Made by a program: the position numbers and the translations under genes
Assembly: GCF_964355755.1 (NCBI RefSeq)
Contig: NC_092675.1
Coordinates: 2,289,812-2,353,811 of the forward strand
From: Antedon mediterranea
Lineage: Eukaryota > Animalia > Echinodermata
Direction of reading: 5' to 3'
Length of the DNA stretch: 64,000 bases
Notes under the pieces: generated by a model
What the model was told of the DNA's origin: nothing
The model's database searches: none
Seen by the model: the letters and a program-made list of their open reading frames with translations, nothing else
Part shown: positions 13,918 to 25,900 of the stretch, one piece after another
Layout: each line of letters starts with the position of its first letter
Numbering within the stretch: position 1 is the first letter of the stretch

Positions 13918-16900
13918 TCACACTTTTGGTACACTTCGTAGTCCTTTTTTGGCCGCACTGTGTATATCATTTGTCAGTTTCCCTAAATTAGATGATAAAA
14001 AAAAAAGAAATTGTAACTTGAAGAAAAGATACTATATTACTATTAATACCCACAACTATTTACTTATCTACTGCAAAGCCTTTATAATCAGTTAATGATT
14101 AAATCAGTTTCCCTAAATTAGATTTTTTTAAAAAGAGAGAAATTGTAAACTAAAGTTAAAATATTACAATTTATCCATGGAGTAATTCCACAATCTATTT
14201 AAATTTTGCAGGCTTAACTTACCTACTGCAAAACCCTTTATAATCACAACTTTTTTTATAATTAAATTTTTAGAAATAATTATTTATATCTAGCATCTTC
14301 AGGTTGTGTATATGTAACAGCACACTTATGAATTTTGTTTTGATTTTTTTTACAATTTTATTCAGTTGATAAATATTTCAGATATCATTATATCTATTCA
14401 TATAGAGTTTCCATGTCTACTGCAAAAGCCTTTATAATCACTAGGCTTCAACTATTTTCATAGAAATATATTTATTTATAACTAGCAACTTCAGGTTGTG
14501 TGTATGTACCAGTACAAATACAATAATGACTTTTGTTTTGATTTTTGTAAATACTTTGATTCAATTGATAGATATTTATGCAGTAGTTTTATTTAGGAAT
14601 GAAAAGCCAAAATTACCTCACAACAAATTTCTTGTGTCATGTCTTGGCACAATCAAACTATTTGTTGTTTGTTTCTTTTGCCAAAATTAATAAAATAAAA
14701 AGTGTGTTATAGCTTACATATTTTGTGCTGTCCTTTGATTGGAAATTTTACAACTAACTCTTGGAAATTCTCCGCAATTATCACATATGGAGATGAAGAC
14801 TCACCATCTGGAAACTGTAGATTAAGTGATATGTTTGTTATTACAATGTGCAAAGTCAAAAAGTTGAACATGTACAAAAACACTCTTTTTATTGAATATT
14901 ATATCAAGTAACATTATAGAAATGTCATGTCGAAACCTCTGTATACATTACTAAACTTTATGTGACAAAAAAAAATGTGATGTGCGCAAATATGGTAGTG
15001 ATATGACATCATCATATCCATATATGGGCTTAATAAATTGGCAGGACATAGGAATTGCATAGTATAAATGTAAAATGCAACAATTTTATTAATTTCAAGA
15101 ACAACCAACACCATTGCATTTGTTGAATAGGAAGAATATTTTCATTCAGCCTGGCTCATATTCAACTCAGCTCATTAAATAGAACAGTCAATCTTTAAAG
15201 TCATGAAAATATTCTGCGAATTAAACTACTCATAAATATTCATTATCTGTATACACACTTACATTAACTCTATATTGATCTTGTGACAAACAATCAATGA
15301 CATCAACACAGCCAAGTAGGCAGGCAGATGGATATACACCTGGAAATGCTATATCAATATCTACAAAAGAGAAAATGAACATTGTTCAATTCATGCTGAT
15401 ACATTTTGCTTAACAGGGATACTCAATCAAACTGTAAAAGAGAAATGTATTTATTTTTATGTATGTCTGTAGGCACATATGGCCAAGGATTACCAATAGT
15501 AAATAATAATTCACTGTCCTATCAGGTGGTAATCCTCCTGATACAGTGGCTATTTTGTGAACCAGTTCACTGGGTAACCTCTACATTTCTCGAATGATGA
15601 AGTTGGCTTTTTAAAGTGCACACAGGTTATAACTGTGTATACTGGACCTACGGTTTATAGTCCTTATCCGAGAAGACTTGTTTCACCACCAGGATTAAGA
15701 GCAAGTCGTAGGTTCAAGATTTTATTTGTGCCATTGCTTGTATCCTTAGGCAATGTTACATTGCTATCATTGCTTCATCCTTCAGATGTGATGTAAAACC
15801 CATTTACATACAATTGACATAAATTAGTACACAGAAAGAAAAGGCATTTTCTGGTGTGCTGATATGGAGCTACCGTGGGACAATAGAGGGCCTAAACTGA
15901 AATTAGTCATGGGGATGAATACATTTATAACACCACAAGATGGGTTAAATTCCATGTGTTATACAGTAAGCACAATTCTTTGGAGTCACTCTAAGTAGAG
16001 TTTCTAGCTCTGGATATTTACTAACTATTTCATTATTAATATTTGTATTCATTTATTTAAATACATGGAGAAATATCATGATTATTAATACTTGTATTCA
16101 TATGTCATAAACACATAGTGCATCTACACTATAACATTTAATGACAGTACGTAAAATACTTACCTTCATAAAAACACTGATAGAATGACTCCAATTCGTT
16201 AATTTCTTCTGTTGATGGCATCTTTGCTGTCGCTGCTATCCATAATCTTCCGCGATGAGCAGTATACCATGTCCTACCCTCATGTCTGATACAGAAATAA
16301 AAGTACATATATTATTATGACTTTAATAGTTTTATTTCTATTTTTAAACATTCATTTACTACTTTATTTTGTTGTCTGAAAAAAAAATAATATAAACAAT
16401 AATTTATTATTGGTTATTGTGTAGAAGAATTATAGTGAATATTAATAGGGATATTATGATTTGATATGTTCAACCTTCATGTCTGATAAATGATCAAAAA
16501 TACTTATTATTGATGTCATGGTATCCATTGTATAAAAGGTAGTACTGTACTTAGTACTACAGTATAAAAAACTATTACTAAATAAATGCATTGGTCGTAG
16601 AAACAATATATCTTTGCGAAAACAACATTTGTAAAATAACTTAATTAATTACATTTTCATATATATTCTGAGACTGTGATGTATATATTTTACGGTTCAG
16701 GATATTCGACTGCGAAAGAATCACATAGACCTCAGTTAGAAGTTGTTAACTCTGGATCGAGCACTTTAATAATGATGAGCCCAATGCCAAAGGCAACAAC
16801 CTCAAACTGGTCATGTGACTTTCCACAGGTCATTGGATCTTGAAATTTAATAGGGGCCTACTTTTCTGTGCAGGTAACATACTCCCCCCACAAATGTGAT

Positions 16901-19900
16901 GTCGTCCCCGACATCCACAAACGAATACACATATTTATTAAATTTCAATTATTTACAGTTTATCTAAGTGATAATTGCTACAGTTCATTGTGTCACAATA
17001 TTAGAATGTAGGATCCAGCTTCTTACAGTTAGCCATAGCTAAACTCCTGATACTACCTCATTCCATGGTGTCCAAGAGGGATGTGCAAGGGTTGCATGCA
17101 TGCGACATACCCATGCGTCGTCCAATAACGATACATCCATAGAAGAGCTGGTCCATGTTATCTGTCGACAACTGTACACAATGCACTGTCATTACCAGGT
17201 TGGTTGCAGTTTGTGATTCCCCGTAGATACCATCTCCATGTTTATGCACAGCCTGAATAGTTACCTGTTGCTCATGGTACATTATCAACCATCTCTTTGT
17301 AGTACTCAATCACAAACACTTGTAAGTTCTGTCAATAACCAATTGGGTAACAAATAAATCCACTTTCTTTTACAATCAATGTTCAATTTCATCAGATCCT
17401 AACACTTTCTGTGAAACATTGGATATTGGCCTGGTACAGTAGGTGGTATCCATTGTCTGGTAGGATGAAATTCTGTACAGATTGGTTGTTGAGTTGCATA
17501 TTGAGTTGGTTGTGGATAAAATTGGATAGGTCCATTCCGGTAGTGGTTGTCCCAATATGGATTTTGTAGTGGTCTGGTGTTAGCACCATTTATCTGCATA
17601 CAGCCTGGTGCTGGTGTGCCCAAGTTGTGGTAGCCAAACAAAGTAGGAGGTTGGCGATGACGAACTGGTCGTCCAATCTCTGCTGCTGGTACCTGTTCAT
17701 TTGAACTAACTGGTTCATCCATATCAGCATGTTGTGTGTCGCCGGCTGCCTCCATGTGCTTTTCATCCACAGTAGAATCCTCTGCTGTTGGTGGGGTGGC
17801 ATATGGTTCAACTTGTACCAATGAATCATTACTGGTACATGCATATTGTGGTTCTGGATTGGTTAATAGGGGATATTGTAAATATACTTCATCTTCTTCA
17901 TCCGAACCTACTGAATCTGTCTCAGGTTGTGGTGTAGCCTTCTCCGTCGGATCACTAGGTAATCGTTGTTCTGGAGTTATCTTTGTCTTCTTTTTCGATG
18001 CAACATTTTGAGTATCTGGTACTAAAGCGTCACAGGGACAAAGTAAATTCCTATGTAGGGTCCGTACTCTACCATTACCGTTTTCTGGGCGAACTTCATA
18101 CACTGGCAACTCCTGTTTTTGCGCCACCACTATGTATATTCTGTCCTCATAGAAGCTTTGAAGTTTCCCAGGACCACCTGGTGGAACACAGTTCTTGATC
18201 AGGACTCTATCACCTGGTGATAATGATGTACTGATTGGCCGTTGTTGGTCATGTCGGTGTTTACTTCTTTCTGCTAATTTCTGCATGTTCGATCTAGCTA
18301 AAGCGTATGCCTCTTCCATCCTCATTTTCCAGTTCTTGGCATATTCATGGTGTTCACTTGCAGCGGCATCACCATCTGGGGATAATCCAAATGCAAGATC
18401 AATTGGCAGTCGGGGTGACCGCCCATACAATAAGTAATGAGGTGAGTAACCTGTGCTTTCATGTCGAGTAACATTATAGGCATGAACAACCTTGTTGAGA
18501 TGTTGTTTCCAGTCATGCTTCTGCTCTGTAGTTAAAGTGCGGAGCATTGACAACAGGGTTCGGTTGAACCTCTCGACCTGTCCATTCCCCTGAGGGTGAT
18601 ATGGTGTAGTTCGGGAACCCCTGACTTCACTGAGTTGTTCAAGGCGTCGAAATAGAGAGTTTTCAAATTCACGACCCTGGTCATGATGTAGTCTGCGTGG
18701 ATAACCGAACTTCAGAACAAAGTCGTTAAAAATCCTGTCAGCAACTGTCTTGCCCGACTTGTTGGTGGTTGGATAAGCCTGAGCGAATCTTGTAAAATGA
18801 TCCATCACTACGAGGATGTACTCATATCCTCCTTTACATTTGTCAAGGTGAAGGAAATCTATGGAGACAAGTTCAAATGGTTCCGATGTCTTGATGTTTA
18901 CCAGAGGTGCACGTGTAATTCTGGATGGCTTCTTGTCTTTCACACAGCTACATTCTTGTTTTATATAATGGTTGATGTTAGTTTCCATGTGAGGCCAGTA
19001 GAACCTCTCTCGGATTAGTATAAGTACCCTCTCAGTGCCAAGATGTCCCATCTCATTATGTAGCGATTTGAGTATCATCGGACGAAGGCTTTTCGGGATC
19101 AATAGTTGTGTCCTAGTCTTCGTCGTCCGGCGAAGAATACCATCTTTATCAAGATTGATTTTACTCCACTCCCGCATCAGGGTCCTGGTTTCAGGAATCT
19201 CATTGGTGCGCTCGGATCTAGTGGGCCATCTACCTTTGGTTTTGTATTCTCGGAATCTTGCAAGGGCAGGGTCATCTTCTTGAGCCAAACGTACTTCCGC
19301 AATTGATAATGTAGATAGGTTCGGTGTGATGCCAAATGGTTGGTCCTGTATATGCACATGATCGGTAACGATATGATTGATGTAAGCAAAGTCAGCTGTT
19401 TGTTGTATTGCAATACCTTGAACAACAGCATCCATTACCAATGGTGAAATTTCTTCAGTACATTGATCAAATTCACTGGGTGACATCGGAATTCTTGATA
19501 GTACATCTGCATCTTCGTTGTTGCGACCTGGCCTGTATTTAATGGTAAAATTAAAGTCTGCAAGTTCTGCAACCCATCTATGACCTACGGCATTCAATTT
19601 GGCAGTGGTTAGTATGTAAGTTAGAGGATTGTTGTCCGTATAAACGGTAAATGACTTTGCAAAGGATAGGTAATCTCTGAAGTGACTAGTTATGGCCCAC
19701 TTCAGAGCTAGGAATTCCAGCTTGCCTGAGTGAAGGTGATAATTCTTTTCCGCTGGTGTAAGGGAACGAGATCCGTATCCTATGACTCGTAGTACTCCAT
19801 CTTGGCGTTGATATAAGACCGCACCAAGTCCATCTTGTGAGGCATCTGTATGCAGCTCAAACGGTCTCTCAAAATCAGGAAATGCCATAATCGGAGCTCG

Positions 19901-22900
19901 GCTTAACTCGTCAATGAATGAATCAACTATTTGTTGGTACTCTGGGAGCCATGTTATGGGAGTTGAAGATGGAACTTGTCCGTTGTCCTTTCTATTACTG
20001 TGTTTCTTCTGTTTCTTTCTCTGGTTCTTTTTATTGGTTGATTGGTTATTCTTTGTAGTAGTACCAGCTTGAGTTAGCAGCACAAATAATGGTTTGGCTC
20101 GCTTGGAGTAGTCCCTAAGATACCGACGGTAATATCCCGTAAATCCTAGCAGTTTTCTTACTTCCCCTACAGTCCGAGGAATGTTGGACTTCAAGGTGTA
20201 TAATGCTTCGGTGTCTCGAGGGTCAGGCCGGTAGCCTTCGTGGCTAATGATTTTCCCCAAGTACTTCACTTCAGATTGAAACAGTTTGCATTTGGCAGGT
20301 TTTAATTTCATTCCTTTTTCTTGTATACGTTTTAGTACTTTCTGTAGGTTGATTTGATGTTCTTCGAATGTCTTCCCATAAACAATAATATCGTCTAGGT
20401 AGACCTCACAGATTTGGTGGTTTAGACCTTCTAATGCGTCTTCCATGCATCGTTGGTATGCAGCTGGGGCATTCTTGAGTCCAAAAGGTATTCGGACCCA
20501 TTCATGAAGACCCCAAGGTGTTACAAAAGCGGTGAGTGGTCTGCTATCGGTTGTCATATATCCTTGATGGTACGCCTTTCCTTGATCAAGGGTACTAAAC
20601 CAGCGGTTCCCACCAAGGCTGTCGAGAACGTCTTGAATTCGGGGAATAGGTTGGCAATCAGGGATCGTCTTGCGGTTTAACTCCCGATAATCAATGCATA
20701 AACGAAGTCCTCCATCCTTCTTACGAACGCACACGACGGGTGATGCATACGGAGATTTGGATTTGACGACCCACCCTCGATCAATTAAATCAGTAAGGTA
20801 GTCTTTGACTTCCTGAAAAAGAGGTCTTGGTATGGACTGATACGTCTTCTGGACTGGGATGTTATCGAGTAAGTTAATCTTCATTTGTAGGCTTGGTATC
20901 GAACCCATGTCTTGCTCACCGTGGGAGAAACTATTGGATTCTTCGTCAAGCATCTGATTTACTATATGCTGTTGATCGCAACTTAGATGACTCAAGTCAA
21001 GTTGAGACTTCCAGTTTCTAGTATTGATTTCTGGCGTCACATCTACTCTGGCCGTCTGTACCCCTACTGTTGGCACAACTTCATCGCTTCCAGCTTCGAA
21101 CACACCTCGATAGATAGCTCTCACAAGTTGTAACTTCCCCAATAAGGTCTTCTTGGGAATTATCAAATTTTGGTCCGTTTTGTTGGTAACTGAGACTCTG
21201 ATATCATTACAGGGACGGCATGTTAGCTCTACTACATTTTCGTTGACTTCTAATCCATCGGGGAGATGTGGTTCAAGTAATGGTTCAATTATCACCATCA
21301 TCTTCTCCTGGATAGGACCAGTTATAGCTCTAACTCGTATGAACGTTGTCTGTTTCGCTGGGACCTCATGTACCAAATTTCCTGAATATATATTGCAAAA
21401 ATCTGTAGGATCGGAATTTCGCATCATTGAAATTAACTTCTGAGCTTTGATGTTATTACATTTTGAAAATGATGTTTTTACTGTCCTAACAAGTTCTGGT
21501 TGCTCAATTTGTACAATTTCCTTGATTACGTTGTAGCCAATGATTGGTTGTGGAAGTTCATCAGCTGTTACTAAGACTGGTACTAAAGTAGAAAATGTTG
21601 AGGTATCATTATTATTAATAGATAAAAGTTGAAATTTCAGAGAAAGCCATCCTATATAAGGTATATCAGTACCATTTGCAGCAGTAAGTTTGAGATCTGA
21701 TTGCAAAAGCTCCCTTAAATTCCTCAGCGGTTCACCTTGGCAATTTGTCTTCCACCATGTCTGAGACACTATCGACACTTGAGAACCTGTGTCCCATAGA
21801 ACCTCTTCAATGTTCCCGTTTAATTTGCATTTGACAGTGCATCGTCTACCTATGAGGTTGACTAATCTTAGGTGTTGCCCAGGTGTGAGGTGGCTAATTT
21901 GGTGCTTCTTTTCTGGATCAAACTTCGACTGGTTACTGTGACTTCCTTTCGAGTGATCAATCCCAGACTGGCCTTGATACATGTGATCACCTTTGGCCAC
22001 CTCTATCTCACGCTTCTTGGAGTTAGGGGACATGTTGGGTTTTTCTACGATCATTCCAAGTCCCGTTGGGATGATCGGGGTCCGTTTCCCTGGTTGGTGG
22101 TGCAAGCCCTAGCGAAATGGTTGTCACCTCCACACTTGTAACAATGCCTACAATCATCTCCCTTACCGTCCTGCTTGCAACTGTTACATCCTCTTCCTCT
22201 TGACTTCCGTCTACCTTTGTTTGTGTGTTGTACAACTCCCTGTAAAGCGGAAACACTTGCCTGTAGTGTCTTCAAACCTTCTACCAGCATCTTGATTTCA
22301 TCACTGGGCGAAGATGTGGTAACGGTTGCACTGGCAACCTTTACAGTATTTGATGTACATTGTTTCTGTTTCCGTTTATCTTCGAGGTTTTCCACTCTGG
22401 CTAGTCTCTCAAGGAGGTCTTCATCTGAGATATTGGGTTCCTGAAGGTGCTCTCTCATCTCAATGCGCAAGTTTCCTCTAAGACCTGTCTGCAGTGTTTG
22501 GAGGAACGTGCTTCTCAACAATTGATCATCATACATCAGTGGTGCCCCTTCCTCATTGGATGAAAACCTCACCTTTTGACGGAGATTCATAGCTCTGACA
22601 ACGAACTCTTGGGCCGATTCATCTGGCTGTTGGTAAGCGGCAGATAGTTGTTGGTAAGAGTCCAATGCATCTCCTTCCTTAAAATGGGACCGTAGGACTC
22701 GTCTGAGTTGAGCTAGGCTCATTTCTGGTCGACTTTCTAGATAGCCTCGGAGTGGAGTTCCACTTGTTACAGCCATAGTTACAGCATTTAAAATGGCGCT
22801 ACGGTTGTAACCACGGGTGAGACTGTCTTCTATCTGTCTCATCACGCTTAAATAGGATAGTTTGTCAGTTTGTCCAGTAGACCCAATCTGTCCCTTTATC

Positions 22901-25900
22901 TTTAATTCTCTTTTAAACATCTCAATAGATGACGGCAATGGTCGTGTGGTTTCGGTTTCGGTTGAGCTTGTTGGGGATGTTCTAAACTCTTCCATTTTTG
23001 TTCTTACCACCAACAGGACGCTCTCACCTCCATCCTCGAGCGCCTCTACCTCCTCGCTCTCGAGGTATCTTAGAATATGTTTTAACACTGCCCGGATTGG
23101 CTTGTCTGCAATTCCTGCATCCTGTTTGATTGCCCCAGCCACCTCTTTTAGCTGAGGAAGGGTTAGCTTATACAAGCAATCCTTCACTTCTCTCTCCAGT
23201 GTCTGGAGGTCCATGTTTATCTTTCTGTCAGAATAGTCCTGGCAGGATCGCCAGATTTTACGGTTCAGGATATTCGACTGCGAAAGAATCACATAGACCT
23301 CAGTTAGAAGTTGTTAACTCTGGATCGAGCACTTTAATAATCTTAACACACTACAATCATAATGACGAGTGTTAACACATGAAACAATTTAACTAATACA
23401 TCAATCTAGCTATTGGTCCTTTACCAAACATTATGTTTAATAACTAACTAAATAATCTCTACATAAACTCGTTAATTATTGATTGAATTATCTGACTGAA
23501 TTAAACCAAAAACATGATACATTAATTTAAGGTCATCTTATCAGTGTATACAACTCTACACTAGCATATGTGATTTCTAAATAAGGAAACCAGCATAGTT
23601 ATAAAACCCAATTCTAAATTGGTACCCTGGGTGTAGTTATCAGTGCAACAATGACTCACTACCTTGGTTACCATAGTAACGGCCAGTTCCACTAGCAGAG
23701 CCTTACATACCACAGCAATTAATGGCAAGGTCATTAACCCTATACACTGTACTGTATATACTCTTTTTGTTAACAGGGCCTCTAATAGCTATTGAGCCTA
23801 ATAATTCGTTACATTATATTGACATAAAATGAAAGTATAAACATTTAGCTATTATCTCTATCCTGTACTAAATACATAACTTAATCATCTAGCATTAACC
23901 TTAAAATATAATGATTGTTTTCTAAAATGAACAACAATCATCTGATCACAGTATTCGCTCTGTTTATCCTCTCAGTTTCTTACTTAATAATTTCAATCTG
24001 GGTACTGGAGAAATAACTCAGTATCCTTATGAAACATAACATAACAAATTGTCATAATTATAATATATATAAGTTAAAAGGAATATAAAATATCATAAAC
24101 TTACCTGCGAAAGAATCACATAGACCTCAGTTAGAAGTTGTTAACTCTGGATCGAGCACTTTAATAATGATGAGCCCAATGCCAAAGGCAACAACCTCAA
24201 ACTGGTCATGTGACTTTCCACAGGTCATTGGATCTTGAAATTTAATAGGGGCCTACTTTTCTGTGCAGGTAACATATATATATATATTATATTATAGTAC
24301 GTTGTATTTTCCTTCATTTATTTACTAAATGAAAACATTTTTGTAATATATTTGTAAATTTATATTTTAAGTTAGGGTGCCACAGATTAAAAGCTTTGCT
24401 TGCTTGTGGTTATCCTGTTTTTCACACTTTATTGTACTTAATTTTTTATTTATATTTTTATGAATGTTGTGTGAAAAATAAAAGAATCAATCAATCAATC
24501 AATCAATCAATGCTAAAGCTCTGTCTACACTATCAAACTAGTTTGACAAAAAAAGTATGATGTGCCCAAATATGGTAGTGATATGTCCAAATATGGTAGT
24601 GATATGACATCATCATGTTCATATATGGCAAATCACATTTTTTTTTGTCACATAAAGTTTGATAGTGTAGAAATTCCCTGTAAATGTTTTGACAAGAATT
24701 TGCTTTTATTTTATATAGAAGAAGAGTTTGATATGCAAGAATAAAACCACAATAACAATTATAAAACAAATATTAAATATACAAAGATAAATTGAATTCC
24801 TATATGGTATAATAATAACAATAGTAAAACAGAGTATAGTTAGATTTAATTTCGCTTTTTCTTTGGTTTTAATTGTAAAGGTGTTTATTCCTTTGTTGTA
24901 TCTTCTCCATATGTTTTATTATCTTGTTGGATTTGATAATAAAGTTTATTGTATTGTATATAAATAAATAGAATATTACTTTTTAATTCCATGAACAAAA
25001 AGCGATGCCCAGGGTTGATGCATACTAAGACACATTCCTTCGTCAGACATCTCCTGAAGTTCTCTATCTTGTATACGATGCTTGCTACGATTTGCTTCTA
25101 AATTCAGTGAGCTGCCGCTTGGTTTTGGTGGTTTAACTTGTGACACAAACTATAAAATAACCAAAGAAATAATTTATATTTTATTTTTTATACATTAGTG
25201 GCTTATAATGATTTGAAGATATATTAATTAATAAATTTTTTTTAACATTAAGCATTTTAATGTCAATCACAGTTATTCACTTTAACCAAAAACTGGATCG
25301 AAAAAGAAATTATATACCAGAAAAAAATGTAATTTAACACGTTCACTGCCACGGCGTATTTATACTTCAAAAATTGCGTGTCGCTACTTGCCAAGACGTA
25401 ATACTACGTCAAAATCGTAGCACTTTTGTATTGTATGTAGAATCGCTGGCAGTGGTGATTGGAACAGGAATTATCGCATGGCAGTTTATGAATGATGTAC
25501 GTAAACGATAATCTAAAAATAAATGTCATATGTTTGTTTGTGTTTATTCCCTCATGCATTGAATATGGCGCCCTCACACTCAATATAATCATCTCAAACG
25601 GGACTTGGCACTGGGACAGAAATTACGGAAAATTCCTTGGCAGTCAATGTGTTAAAGCAAAAAATACTGAAATTGTCTGTCACACAATGTTGTTTTATAA
25701 GTGAAATTATTATTTTTTTTTTCTTTTCACAGAAGTAACTGAAGATAAAACTGCAAAATATTTAAAGTCTGATTTCATTAATCTTCATTTTTCATGCTTT
25801 TGGCGGACAATACATCTTTAAGGAATTATTTTCATCTCATTTAAAAAATGGCTAACTGTTGAACAATAAAATGTGGATTTCCATGGCTCTTTTGGCCCGA

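Larger units (their letters stand above)
16688..24274 (-). mobile_element. Full-length Ty3/Gypsy LTR retrotransposon, intact and recent, in sense orientation within TRIP4 intron 24979-16286
   Basis: The LTR segments are identical by eye. It has a PBS, gag, pol and PPT. It is inserted in a TA run, with TATA(TA) on both sides (16682-16687 and 24275-24280). Confidence 0.97.

Noticed and set aside
17058-17309. 83-aa ORF after pol as a possible env or accessory gene
   Set aside because: Too short, no recognisable signal peptide, transmembrane segment or domain; treated as the element's 3' untranslated region.
23215-23292. N-terminal extension of the gag ORF in the ORF track
   Set aside because: It begins at a non-ATG codon inside the LTR and runs through the PBS; the ATG at 23214 is the more plausible start.
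17590-23375. Many short ORFs overlapping gag and pol on either strand
   Set aside because: Shadow ORFs of the retrotransposon coding sequence with no independent evidence.
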